A stretch of DNA of 63,397 nucleotides, the filler included, from Choristocarpus tenellus KU-1152 (lineage: Eukaryota > Protista > Phaeophyceae): NCBI GenBank assembly GCA_964200185.2. It is 11 parts of 11 records of this genome, joined end to end, with 100 filler letters (N's around TTAATTAATTAA, not from the genome) between each part and the next. Parts side by side here need not be neighbours in the genome. Positions count along the whole stretch, not along the records: positions 21,522 to 37,522 come from CAXNAD020000891.1; positions 37,623 to 40,444 come from CAXNAD020024454.1; positions 40,545 to 47,456 come from CAXNAD020007079.1; positions 47,557 to 51,553 come from CAXNAD020016743.1; 7 more parts are not named here. One strand, given 5' to 3'. This document shows positions 35,458 to 48,378 of this stretch, piece after piece. The position numbers and the translations under genes are program-made. The notes below the pieces were generated by a model. That model saw nothing but the letters and a program-made list of their open reading frames with translations, searched no databases and had not been told where the DNA came from. The stretch's first letter is position 1, and every line of letters begins with the position of its first letter.

Positions 35458-37622
35458 TAAGTGTACGACAAAGTCAGGACTGACAACCTGGGTGATTGTG
35501 TACCCATTAAGTCCGTTCTGAAAAATTCCGTTTTTCAGAAGTCATTATACAACTAAATCTATTGCTTTATTCTAAGGTACAGGTTTATACTGTAACTATA
35601 GTGAAACGAGCTCTTCCATATGGTTTGCCCACGCATTTTACTGCCTGTACTGGTTAGAGCACGAGAGCAATATATACGCAAATCGCCTCTAATCCAACGA
35701 AAAGAACCCAGGAGTAGCCCGCAAGATACAAGCTAACACTTTTAAATCATCACTCAAACCACTTTTGGGGGGGAGGAGGTTTTATTATCCACAGAGGTGA
35801 CCAAGTTTGTAGGGACCCCCCCACTCATATTAGTTATTCTAACACTAACCCTACACTTTCATAACAATAAAAACATAAAGAATATATTATCAAGATTTAA
35901 CAGGAAATATGAGCAGGATGATCGTATAAAGTTGGGAACCTCTGTGACCAGGAAGCCTCTTTTTTATTACGAGTAGGCGTAACAATTGAACCTTAATTTA
36001 CTAGGCACTCTAAACCACTATCCCTTTTGCAACCGTGACACACTGTCACGTTTTGCAAAATATCAAGAATCACGGTATTAGAACGACCGTGACAGTGTTT
36101 ACAATTGCAAAAAAAAATGCCTAATAAAATAAAGGAGGGATGATGCCGTATTTATATTATTATGCCCTCTGACATTTTTGCAGATATGCCAGGGGGGAAA
36201 CCAATCAAAGCTTACATATGATGTCGTATTGTAGACATACAGGTGATATTACGTCATGTAGAAATGATCATCATCACCTATTACATTCGTGTCGACTACG
36301 GAATGGAAGGTTTTTCCGTTTTGACACGCCATATTGTTGTACTTGACACGTTTCTGGTATTGAAATGTCCAACTCTTCATGAGGAATAGGGTGGTGACCA
36401 GCCTCCACTGTGATCCGTCTTCTCCAAGGACATCCTTGTTTGTGAGTGAATATAAATTAGATCGTCACGGAAGTTGAAAAGAAAAAAATATGATTACAAT
36501 TGCTTAGGTAGCAAATGGGAGTGATTTTCTTCAGTAGAACAGGGGTAAAATACGAAGTATCATGGAGGAAGTACTAATCTATATTTGTATCGCACGTTCT
36601 AGGCATTTTTTTAGGTTTTAATTTTGTGCGACATTTTGTTCAATTTGTGAGGTCTTATTACAATATAATTTTATTCCATGTTCTGTATGTGGTGTTTACT
36701 TGTCGCCACATATTCGGGTGAAAGTTTATGACTTGAGCTTGAAGTGGGTGTAACACTTGACGCTAACCTTTAAATATCCAGTAGTTGTTCGATTTCTAGA
36801 TGTCTCACAAGAAAATCGAGGAAGACCATACTTGTTTCTCAAAGAGAAGAGGACTAGACGTCAAAATCTGTCCTGACTAAAAACCAATCTCGTATTATCT
36901 TTGCCATAGGTAAGGAGCCACTCTGGATGGGGAATAAGAGAAATAAGGGGCGAAGAGGACTGGCCACAGAGGTACTTGTAGACGAGGGGACTATGCGAAA
37001 CAAGAGGGGGAGGGGTGGGCCAACCAAAGATGAGGCAATGGTCTGTATGGCTGCAGCAACAAGGAAGGAGGATATGAATGCTGTCAGATGTAGTAATGGA
37101 GAGGTTAGGGCAGCTGATGTTAAAGAGCAAATCGAGAAACTCAAATTTGGTCGGTAGAAAAGATTTTCTCAGGAGTAGTCATGTGTATTCCTGATCCTGT
37201 ACTACCAGTTTGTAATCTACAACCACATGATGGCCCATTCTGAGGCGGTGGAGGGTGTCTGCCTGGCAGCGGGAGTCGAAGACAAGAAGTTTTTTTTAAT
37301 TACAGAACTTGGAAGGAGAGCGGATAGATCTCTTGCACCTCTGGGGCTGGGAGGGTGATTGTTCAAGTGGACTCTGAGAATGAGTGAAAGCTCCTGAAAC
37401 TACAGCTCGATGAGATAGAACTTTTTGACTATTCCGGGAAATATATTTGGTCTTCTGGCTCAAAGTATTTGGGGGGGGGGGGGGGGCACCCCAATGTGTC
37501 CGTTCGGGCCCTGACCAGGAAANNNNNNNNNNNNNNNNNNNNNNNNNNNNNNNNNNNNNNNNNNNNTTAATTAATTAANNNNNNNNNNNNNNNNNNNNNN
37601 NNNNNNNNNNNNNNNNNNNNNN

Positions 37623-40444
37623 GTGGCCTGTACCTAAACGAAGGTGACGTCCAGTAGGAGACGTTTGTCCCCGTAGGGAGCAGTTCCAGCATCTGCTAGT
37701 GCCCCTGCGTGAAACACTAGATCCATGCGAAGATTACGGTCCACAGTGAAAGGACTACCGTCCTCTGTAGTGCAAGGGATGCCCATCCCCTTGCATAGTT
37801 GGTGCAGGCATTTCACCATTGGCATGTGCTGTCGCACCAGTCCCCCTGCCCTGGGGCAGGTACGGGCCTGTCTGGTATCAACATTTTGCCTCCTGCACCC
37901 TGCCACTGGGCACCTGTTCGATAGAGCCTCCTCTGTCCCTAGGGATCTGCTGACTGTGAGCTGGAATTCCTGAGGGGGGACCTGGCATGCTGGTTCCAGC
38001 GATTGTGTCCAGGCCCAGGCGTTTGCTCCTTGTCCACACTGGCTCCGGTGGCGCGCTAGGGCTAATGAAGTGCTTTCCCTCCCTTGGTGTGCCTCATTTG
38101 GAAGGTCAGCTAGCTTTATCCTGAAGGAGTCGAAACGAATCCTGTTGAGGAGGCGTGTGATCTCATGCTGAGCCCTCCTTGTGATCCTGGCGTCATGAGC
38201 TGCCAGGATGTGGACCTCTGGGGTAGGTGCAGGTGGTGCTGTTCCCCCCTAAGTTACCCAATCTTGGCCAATAATTTCAGCCAGGTCTTCTGAGGGGACA
38301 TCTGTAGAGAGAAGAGTGTGTATAGACACTCCTAAAGCCTCTATGGTGGGGCTTGTACGTACGGCTTGTGAGAAGGACTCGCCATGAGGCCCTTGCTGCC
38401 TTGCTAGAAGGGTGGGGAGAGTAGCCACCAGTGATCCCTACAAAAGCTGCATGCTGGCGGTGTTTCATGGAGGAGAGGCCTAGACCCCCGCACTTGTAGA
38501 CATCTGTGCCTGTACTTGTTGGTGGGTCTCTAGGCGGAGAGACCTATTGTTGCACCCTTCCTCGAAGAAGTCTGTCACCTCTGTCGCATCAGCTATCTCC
38601 ATTATCCTCTCTGGTGTCCACAGGGAGGTGTTGTCTGCTTGCTCCATGGTGGAGCGTGCCAGGTGAGGGAGAGTGACCCTCACAAGATAGCCTAGCCTGG
38701 AGGAGAGGGACCAGGAGTTGAGGAGCCAGGTCACCTGCTTGTCCTCCATCTCGCTGAGGTGTGTAGCTAAAGCTCGTGTCCCAGAGCGCTCTATCACCTC
38801 CGCCATGTGAGCTCGAATGAAATCATCTGTTCCGACTGGAGCCCCTAGAGTGACAAAACCACTGGGGTTCGGGGCTAGGTTGATTCCTGTCATGGAAAGG
38901 AGCTCTAGTTCCGAGGGCGTCGGTTGGTGGCCCTGGGGAAGTGCGGCAAATGTCTTGTCCATATTTAGATTGATGCCTACCTCCTGGAGATTGAATTTTT
39001 AACTGCTCGAAAGCAGCTATGGTAATAATGTTGATCCCCCTTGCCGAAATGGATGTGTCATCCAAATAGCTCCGGGAGGAAACCCCTTGGGGTCAGAAAA
39101 CTGATTGTCCCTGTTCCAAGGCCTTGTGTGTTGCCATGCAATACAAGAGGTGGCCTAGTGGGTCTCCCTGTTGGACCCCAGATCTCGATATGGTAGAATC
39201 TTCGTCCCTCCTTCATCTAGGGGGAAAAGAAGATTCCTTGTATTCTCATATACCTCGGAAACGTAAGGTAGGAGGCCTGGTAGGGTCTCTGGGAGGGCCT
39301 GGATGAAGGCTGAGCGGCGTACGCTGTTGAAAGCATTCCTTCCGTCCAGACTGATGACCCATTCTCCGCACTCATTCCTCAGGCGGATATCCAGGAGTGC
39401 ACGTTCACTGCCATTTGGGACCCCGACACCGAATTGTCCTACTCCCCAAAAAAGTTCCTCAAGGTAGGGGCTCCAGTCTGTGCAGAAAGCCGAAGCACAT
39501 GCCCTCGTAAAAAAAGATCCACAGGCAACTGGGCGACACTTCTCCCCGATAGCGGATAGTCTCGAGTTGATGTGGAGCGTCCTGAACTCTAGGGGTAGGG
39601 CGTCCGGGGAGGTGTAGGCTAGCTCCCATAGCTTTGCAAATGCCTCTGCCACTTCCTCGTGACCAACATCTATCGTGATGGCTTATCTGATGTGGCTTGG
39701 GCGCATCCCGTCAGGGCCTCGTGCCGAGTTGCTGTTAGCCTTCATGAAGGCTTTTCGAAGGGAGGTGGGGGTGTACTACCCTTCAGGGGGGTAGTACCTT
39801 TGTTCCCCAGATCCTGCATTCCCTTGTACCCTGTCTCTTTTGCATCCGTGGTGACCTGCCTTAGGTCGTCCTGGTTCTCGCTCAGGTGTTTAGGGACCAG
39901 TACACTGAAAGTCTCCTCCGTCCCTGGGGCCCTGGGTTGCGCTAGGAGTACACTCGCTCCCTTGGAGATTCGTCCATGGTGGTGAACCAGAGCTGCAGCG
40001 CGTTCCTGGCGGGATTTAGGGTCCTCTCCAGGGGCCTCCCTGCGTCTAGGAGTGATCCGCTGAGATTTTTCTAGTATCCATGTGACTAGCTCTTGGATGT
40101 TCCCTGAAGCTACCTGGGCAAACCTTTCCTCCCTCAAGAACGTTCCATCATTTGCCAGTAAAAGGCCTGAGATCATATGGAAAAGCTTGGATGCTCCAAT
40201 GGCCCCTAAAGTTGGTGTCCCCCTTTCCAGCCTCGGGGCAGTTACCTCGTGTGTCAGGAGATCCACTGTGTGCATAAGGGCGATTGCATGGGCGGTGCAA
40301 AGCCTGCCTGAGACCTTCTTCACCGTGGTGATGTTTACCCGCTCCAGGGTCTCCATCTCGATTTGGTCAAGGGCAGATGCTACACTTGGAGTATGGACCC
40401 CCCAAGGTAGACGTGGATGTGGTGGTAGGTGGCCTAGGTTTTCT
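37623..40444 (-). mobile_element. CRE-like non-LTR retrotransposon (RT + zinc knuckle + restriction-like endonuclease), frameshifted, filling the whole contig
   Basis: RT motifs RPVACG, QFGVGVPNGSE, LDGRNAFNSVRR, GVQQGDPLG (~39150-39180), SYLDD (~39057-39071) and LGAPVG. C-terminal QARTCPRAGGLVRQH and LRMDLVF...LLLDVTF (PD-(D/E)xK-type RLE). Several frameshifts and stops. Confidence 0.85.
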
Positions 40445-40544
40445 NNNNNNNNNNNNNNNNNNNNNNNNNNNNNNNNNNNNNNNNNNNNTTAATTAATTAA
40501 NNNNNNNNNNNNNNNNNNNNNNNNNNNNNNNNNNNNNNNNNNNN

Positions 40545-40820
40545 GTGGACTCCCTTGCATGCCGCAGCACGCTTTGGCCATCACGCAACAGCAGTTGCTA
40601 TCTTGAGGGGGGGGGCGGATCCGGAAGCTCAAACCCATGACCATGGATCTACGCCTCTGCATGTCGCTGCTATTAGTGGCTTCGATGAGGTGAAGGGGGG
40701 GGGGACGTAGGTATATGCTTTTTTCAGCTGGAAATGAACAAACAATAGCCTCCTATTTTTGTTGTTGATGGAGTGTGTTGTCCATTGTTGTTGATTGTTC
40801 TTTTGGGGGGCTCTGTGTTC

Positions 40821-40871
<51 letters not shown>

Positions 40872-42528
40872 TTATTTTTTTTCTTTCCATTGTCCTCTTA
40901 ACGTTGAAATGACCTATCAGTGTACCGTTCATGCTGGTGCTGTTACGGTATTGTCTTGGCCAACTCCAGCAACCCCCCATCCCCATCCCGCACTCCAATA
41001 ACATCAGGTTTTGCAGGTACTTCTGGAGGCAGGTTCGGACATTGAGCACCGGGATACAGGTGGCTGGACTCCTCTCCATTGTGCCTGTGCAGCAGCTCGA
41101 CCCAGCTGTGTAGCTGGCCTGGTATCTAGGGGGGCGGATACTGCTTCAATGACAGCTGACGGCCAAGATGTAGCCTCACTTGTTGGGACTGATATCTCTG
41201 AGGGTGAGGTTCCCAGTGAGGAAACCAATGAATCCATATTACGAATGCTAAGGGTCTGGCAAGGGGAGATAAAGCAGAACAGACAACGTCTTTCGCCCTC
41301 TGCGAAGAGGGTGAAGGATCCGGAGTTTGCAAATGGGAATACCAGCCCTGTAGCCGCTGGGGGCAAGCCCAGTGGTGGCATTGAAGTAGGTCACATGCAA
41401 GCTGATGGACACAGCGGCCGTGTTGTTGAGGGTGGGGGAGGAAGCAGTAGGAATGGCGCCGGGGGCTGGATCAGGCCAAAAAGTGATGATCTTACTCCAA
41501 CAGGGATTGGTATGATAGTCACAGGGGGTATGTTTGATGGAAGTGGAAGTGAACAGGATCGGGTTGCTGTTAGCACTGGTGGTAAAGTTGGGGAAGGAAG
41601 AGGCAGCAGAGGATCAGGGGGAGGAAATAAGGCATGTCGCCCCCCGCCACCGTATGACCAGAGTGTTCCACAACTATCCAAGGGTATTCCCCCTCCACCT
41701 TACAGCAGAGATCACAAGGTGGCTTCGGGTGATAGGGGTATGGGGGGGGGAGGGGGTACAAGGAGTGTTTTGATTAGTAGTGGGAGTGCAGGGAGAAAGA
41801 CAGTCCCCGTTAAGGAGAGAGCTGCTAGTGATGATGTTGGCAGTGGTGGTTGGACTGAGAGTGTGACACCCACAGTAAGTGTAGCTGGTAGTGGAAGTAA
41901 CATAAGTAGGGAGCATGCAGGCAGTGGTGGAGGGAGTGTCAAGGGCATGCACATGCAGGCACCAGAACAAACAGGTGAGGGAGGAGAAGGGGATGATGTG
42001 GATATGAATGGCGCTTTTTGTGGCAATGATGAGAGGGAGGGTGATAGTGGTGACAAGGTCAAAGGGCCCAGTAGCTGCTCTGGTGGTGATGGTGATGGTG
42101 ATGGTGATGGTGGTGTTGCTGAAGAGGCAGTTGCCAAGAGTCCAATATCAACTGTGGGTAGTGTTGTTGAAAATGCTGTGGAAGCAGAGGAAGTGGGGGG
42201 AGAGAAAGAGATAGTGATGGAATCTACAGTGTTAATGCCTTTGAACACCAGCTTAAGTACAGAAGAGACCACATTAACCCCTGTGGCAGAGGCTATGGCG
42301 CTGGCTGTCACCAAGGAACCAGAAGACAAAGCTCCAGAGCAGTCTCCAGCATCACCTCGAGGTGATGGTCTTCCATCGGCGACAAAGGCTACAGGAAGAG
42401 GAAGAGGAAGAATGGGAGTGCCAGGGGGGATTGGGAAAGTGATAGCCAGGTTCGAGAGTATGTCAGGGGTGCCTGCATCTCCTCGACATGCTATGCCTGA
42501 CCCCACTCCTACTGACAATGCTAAGTGA
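40545..42528 (+). CDS. Ankyrin-repeat protein with long Gly/Ser/acidic disordered C-terminus, last 2 exons, 5' truncated
   Basis: Exon <40545-40689 (WTPLHAAARFGH...GADPEA..HGSTPLHVAAISGFDE) is spliced in phase 0 to 41008-42528 (VLQVLLEAGSDIEHRDTGGWTPLHCACAA...GAD). Three ankyrin repeats visible. Confidence 0.82.
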
Positions 42529-45500
42529 AAGGTGACTGGGGTTGTTGGAGAGGCGTTGCTTGACATCAGCACCCAACCCCCTGCCCTCCTCATCTGTACT
42601 TGGCTTGTCCAATTTGAAAGAAAATTGGGCACTGTGGCACATGTGCATGCAGGCTGGGAGATGAAGTGTGATTTTTTTTTGTAGATGTTTTCTAGTCTCC
42701 CAGTCCTGTTCTACTATCTTTCTTCTCCAATTTTTACAGTGCCCAGAATAGTGTGTTTGGAAGCGGAGGGAGTACGCGCGTTTGTGTGTGTGTAAATGGA
42801 TTCAGGAATCAGCTCTAGCTAATTACCTCTAGGAAATCATATCCTCCTATCAGCGTGTGCTTAGATAGAGAGGGATGTATGTGATGAATACGTGTTGGTT
42901 TGTGGTTTGCCTCAATTGGAAGCAAAGGTGGGAGGAAGAGGCACTGGATGTTGGAGAGGTGATTGGTGCTCTCTCTCCTTTCCAGAGCATTGGGTGATGC
43001 CATGAATAGGGGCAGAGGGGGAAGGGGTGATGCAGATGCCTTGTCTTGATTGAATTGGAGTGTAGCTGTTGTGATTCGTACCATGCACCGTGCACATACT
43101 GATGCGCTAGCTGTCACCTGCTGGTTGCGGATTGCTAAAAATGAACATTTGTGCTGAAGCTCTGGCTCATAATAGGTGGTAGGGGAAGATAGGAGGAAAG
43201 ATGACAGCTACTTTTTTCATAAATTGGAGGGTGGTGGGATTGTATCGTATTGAACATTCTGAGAATATTCCTTGCCCTCTCTTTGTGGTTGGAGGGCACC
43301 ATGTTTGATTTTCATACCCTCTGAAGTGGTGAAGGCAATAGGCTAATGAGGGTAAATATGAACACAAACGTGAAGATCATGCATGTCCACCCCGCATTGC
43401 ACTCAAGTTTGACTAGCTTCCATATGGAGAAGCTGCATCGATGGGTGTGTTAGCTGCCCCCCTTTTTGGTGAACGTTGCTTTTGCATTTGGCAATGGCTC
43501 AGTGACGGTTATGACTTTTAGGGGCAAGAAATGGGATAGAGCATAGAGACGGATAGATGCACTGCTAAACATGCATCTATAATTTTACTATGTTACACAC
43601 GGAAGGGCGTAGGTGAAGGTGTCATCTCTGTTTTACTCCTGTGAGTGCACTATGGCTCTGCAGGGTTCAGGTGTAGAATGTTGCGAAATCAAGAATTCCT
43701 CACCAAACATTTTTGTGTGGAATTCTTGTTGGAACAAATTTCCAGAAAGGACGACGGTTTTTTCAAAGTCGGATGTTTGCACGTTTCATTTTCACGTTAG
43801 TGTTAATATTATTGTTTTCTTGAATACCAGGTGTGGTCGACCAGGTGTGGTTGGCTAGATGTTTATGTTGGAACATTCTTCTCCTTTCTAGAGTCAGTAA
43901 GATTGTTCCTATCTTTTTTTGTTTATAGTTCATATTCTTGCCTATACACTTTTTGGAGAGTTGTACGTGTGTATGATTAGCACCCTCATGATGAACAGTT
44001 GTCAAGAGCAAAATCTTTCATTGTGTTGAGTATTACAGTTGAACTCCTATTTTGGCAAGATGCTACGCCGAATTCTGTTTTTTGTTAGGAACGGGTCTTT
44101 TAACCATCGTAGGGTTGACTTTTTTTTTCTGGGTTGGAACTTTTCTATTTCCCTTTTCTAAAACGATGTAGTTGTGTTAATCATGATGAGGTTTTTGTTG
44201 TGTGGTGTTAGTGCATGTGTATGCCTCCACTCAACGAGTTTTTTTTATAGTATGTGCTTCATTTTCATACTTTGTGTGTAAGTGTGGGATATGTGACCAT
44301 TTTGCGAGGTAGGGTGTAAGTGGTTTGTAGTAGCAGCCATTACCATTCTGTGCGTGTATGATTTGTTCTGGAGTACGTGTTCCAACACAGAATGTAGGTA
44401 TTGAATAGGTATTGCTTCGTACATGCCGTGTGTGTGTCTGGTTCAGCTACGGTGCAGATAAGACCGGCTGGGCTCACATGTCAATCAATGCTTTTGATTG
44501 GGTGGCAATACAAGGATGTCCTTTCACCCCCTTTTTTCACCAATGTTGGATACATGCATTAGTTATCAACACTCGTAGGAACTGAACTGTATTTCATCAC
44601 AGACATTTAACTAGACCAGAGCACATTATGGTATCTTTCATATTTAATAGCATGTATTCATGTATGATGCGCACCAGACCAGGAGCGAGCATGTAATAGC
44701 AGTCCATCATTGAAAGAGGTTTGAGAAATGAGTCATTTAGCGAACAGGACCTTCCAAACATTTTATATGCCCGCCGTTTGTTTGTTACCAGAATTGACTC
44801 TTCACCCCACGTTTGATCGTGTCAACAAAAATTTTGAAATAAAACACTAGGAAAAAAAAGCTGACATCCCGCCCACCACATGGAGTGGGTTAGCTGTAAC
44901 CAGCTGGCTCTCTTCTATATTGCGCATCTGCTCGCCATCTTGTTATGTTTTTACATCACAAGCAATGAGTTTCACTACCGTTCCTGCCCTGTCTCGAAAC
45001 AGCTTACACTTGCATGTACCTCATCTTCGGCCCTATGTAGGATTGCTGTGGTCTCGTGTCTCATGTAATTTAATATTAATATTGTGTTGCCCCTACTTCT
45101 CAGGCAATGTATCGTACACACTACTATCGCACTACTATCTGTAGGTACATCTAATTAGAAGGGAGTGGAGTGTCGAATGCATCTGACCTCTGACCATGGG
45201 CTCGACAGTTCTCAGGTTTGATTGACAATAATTAATAACAGTACTACGGTTGGTTGTTGTGGCATGGACACGCGATCATGTCCCCTACATACTACGTGAA
45301 GCTGAGCAATATGCACCGACCCTTCAACCTCAATCTTCTTCACCTCCTCACTCCATACCTATAGCTTACATACCAAAGGAGGATAATGCCCATCTATATG
45401 TTATGGTCTGATACGGTTGTATGGTCCTAGGAGTGAAGCAACATCTTTGGAATATAAGATCTTTTTGATGGTCATTGGCTTTATGTTGTTAGACTGGGTC

Positions 45501-45679
45501 TAAGTGGAGTTTTGTTTTGTGAAATATGGAGATGACATGCGAAAATGGCGAAATCGGAAGGGAGAGTACGATTTATTAAGTTAAGATTTGATCTTGAGTT
45601 CAATAAGTCTATTCCGGGTTGTCCATAACTTCTGAAATGTTGATGAAATGCATTTCTGAAAGAAGTTTTGGAGGTTAGG

Positions 45680-47403
45680 GTCAGCTCTTTTTATCATTAT
45701 TACTCCCTATCCATACAATCTTATAAGCCACAGAAAAATCCTCCATGTCTACCTTTGGCGTGTTTTCAAGCTCACCAGACAACTGTCTCTTCCTTATCTA
45801 TGTGTGCTCCACACTGAAGTCATTCCCCCCTTTGTATCTAAGTACTTGATTGTACACCACAAAATGGAGCTGCCAAACCCTCTCAAGTGTGGTTTCATCA
45901 TACTCCTCATACCGTTTCTTAATGACCTTCATCATCTCCTCGAAAAACCCAAACCACTCCCCCATCACCTGGCATTTCAAAGACCTGAAGAAGCACAGGT
46001 CCATGATATTGAGGTCGGGGGAGTTAGATGGCTGTGTCACAGGCCTAATCGACCACCCCCCAGTCTTCCCTGCCCCTGACAAGATTTCTGAGTTGCCCTT
46101 GCCCTTGTGGGGGGTGGTACCGTCTTGCTGAACGATAACACGCTTCCCCTGCAACCGAGGCATCTTGGTCTTGATTGCAGGCAGTCACTCCTCCATGTAC
46201 CACTTTCTGAACCACGTATGATCTAAAGGAGAGTCCTGCTCATACACATCCCCCTTTTTATGATTCTTGCTTGTCCTGTCTGCCGTTTTTGGCGCACACA
46301 CACGCCAAAAACCAAGCTTTCCATCAAAGCTTTAAGCCGAATCTGGGTGGGTGTTGGTTGCAATGATCATGGTTTTGAGGATACAATGTTCGTGGATAGT
46401 GCTGCTGATACACATAGACACCACCGGTGGATAATATAATAGGGTGGAGAGCCAGTGCAGATATATAGTATGTACTGACTCATAGTGTTGATTGATTTTT
46501 ATATCATGTTCAAGATACACTTTCTATACTTAAGACAAGTAAATAAGTGATTCATAGTAAATTAGTGTCGACGATTACAAACCCCACACTATAGAAATAA
46601 TAATGGTAGTCCAGGGTATAGTCTCACCCATGTAGTTATTCAGTGGAATTGAGACAATAAGCCCTCTTGAAATATTAACTTTGCATTTCTACATTAAGCT
46701 TTCATTGTCCTTCATTAAAGCACCAAAGCCGCGGGTCCAGTGTGGGATACTTCAACAAATGACTCTTGTGCTGCACAGTAGGGAGCCTTGGAAGGTCGCT
46801 ATCAACCCCATGCGGAAATACCCTAACCCTTTTCCCATCAGCCATCACGTAAAACCAGGTTCATCCACATGGTTCATGTTCGCAATGGAGGCATACACAC
46901 CACGTTTCCGGTCCACTTGATCGCAAACAAAGTCCATTGTCCATACCTTTTGCCACGATTTAAGCTTTGGTTTGATCCTGCAGCAACTCGGCATGGTCCC
47001 CATATCATCCAACCACCTCTTCATGGTGCTCGTGCTATAATTCAGTCCCTTGGTGGCCATCTTCATTGTCACCTGGCACTGTGGATGGCCGATTATTGGA
47101 GTTGATACTATGTATTGCGGCCATCTTGGTCAGTGTGAGCTCCGAACGCCGCCCACTACGTGTCACCACCCCTAGGTCAAGCTTGTGGCCACGGGTGAGC
47201 TGATTGGCAACGTCCTCCCAGAGTCCTCGCATGTAACGCTCGGACACTCCAAACTCCACGGTGAGGGCCAGCCCAACGTGTCGCAGAAGTTTATGCTCAC
47301 CAGGGACCTTCGCGAGGGTGTGCGGCACTGCAAGCGCCACCCTGGTATTCAGAGACATTTGGGCACCCTTCCTATGCGGGGGGGTCGACGGGGGGGTTGC
47401 CAT
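45680..47403 (-). pseudogene. Plant/oomycete-type mariner transposase (DD39D-related, here DD40D), decayed and split by a solo LTR
   Basis: Fragments IKPKL...HVDE/WFYV...VQHKSH | KTMIIA...FDGKLGFW...TSKNHKKG...LPAIKTKMP...QQDGTTPH...QPSNSPDLNIMDLCFFRSL...WQLHFVVYNQVL...GGNDF, with internal stops and frameshifts. Confidence 0.85.
46387..46757 (-). mobile_element. Solo LTR (371 bp), second copy, inserted in the mariner transposase
   Basis: The minus strand starts TGTTGAAGTATCCCACACTGGACCCGCGG and ends CAGCAGCACTATCCACGAACA, matching 18972-19613. It separates transposase residues KSH from LKTM. The TSD is degenerate (TCATT/TTGTA). Confidence 0.72.
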
Positions 47404-48378
47404 ACCGACGTTCTGACCATTGATGTGCCCAGTTCTGGTCTCAAAATAGCCCCAAANNNNNNNNNNNNNNNNNNNNNNNNNNNNNNNNNNNNNNNNNNNN
47501 TTAATTAATTAANNNNNNNNNNNNNNNNNNNNNNNNNNNNNNNNNNNNNNNNNNNNCTGGCCATGATCCGTTTGGTGAGTATGCTTGTTCAGGAGCTTGT
47601 GGATGCCCAGGGCATCCTCAGTCACTTTGCGTACGACACTTTGCGTTGTACTGGTGGGGCTTGTGCGGGATATAGCGGAGTTTTACGATTCCCAATGGCT
47701 TGACCCTCATCATCTTTCGACATAGTACGGAGAACTACTGTTTCCCCAGATGCCGGCTCGACAAGGTCTTCAGCTGGTACTAGTAGCAATCAACATAGCA
47801 CACCATGTGTCCACCGTGTTGTGTTGTGGTGGGAAATAGGACATTGAATGAGGTTGCTTCATGCAATATATGATGATGTACATAGGTATGAGGGCGTAGA
47901 AGGAGTAGATACTGGTTTGTTTTGTGGTTGAGTGAACATGTGACCAGTCCAAGAGGCAACCTTTAATCCAATGCCCACGGCTCACCATCTTCGATGCGTC
48001 ATACATGCAACCTCTTCGATTTTGTGCTGTATGCCAATCCAGGCAGCAGCATATAACTTTACCCATCTTGTTCCCTGTTCACACTTACTATCATTCCTTT
48101 TCTGTACCTTACGACTACTCATCGAAGCTACGGGTCAAGTACAGTGCCGGGTAGTGTTTGGCAGAGCGGAATGAGAAACGTACATCCGTTGAATCTAAAT
48201 TGTTTAGGTACTGAACTAGGATATCCTCGCTTCAGAATCATAGTGATGGATAATGATATGGTGTCCACATGCCAAGTTGTATCCACAAAGCTGACGTTTA
48301 ATCTTGGTGGTGGACCCATGGTACGGTACCCCAGCAGGTCATCCAGTCGCACATTGTTGTTTCCCGTGTATGCCCTCT

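Noticed and set aside
34110-37456. Composite transposon bounded by two MITE-B ends
   Set aside because: Both B elements extend outward from this interval, so the interval is flank, not cargo. Its ORFs are unassignable fragments.
41712-42632. 306-aa minus-strand Ser/Pro-rich ORF, and similar antisense ORFs over 1589-4871
   Set aside because: These are shadows of GC-rich low-complexity coding exons on the opposite strand.
42764-42774. Stowaway-type terminus CGGAGGGAGTA
   Set aside because: No matching inverted partner nearby, so probably chance.
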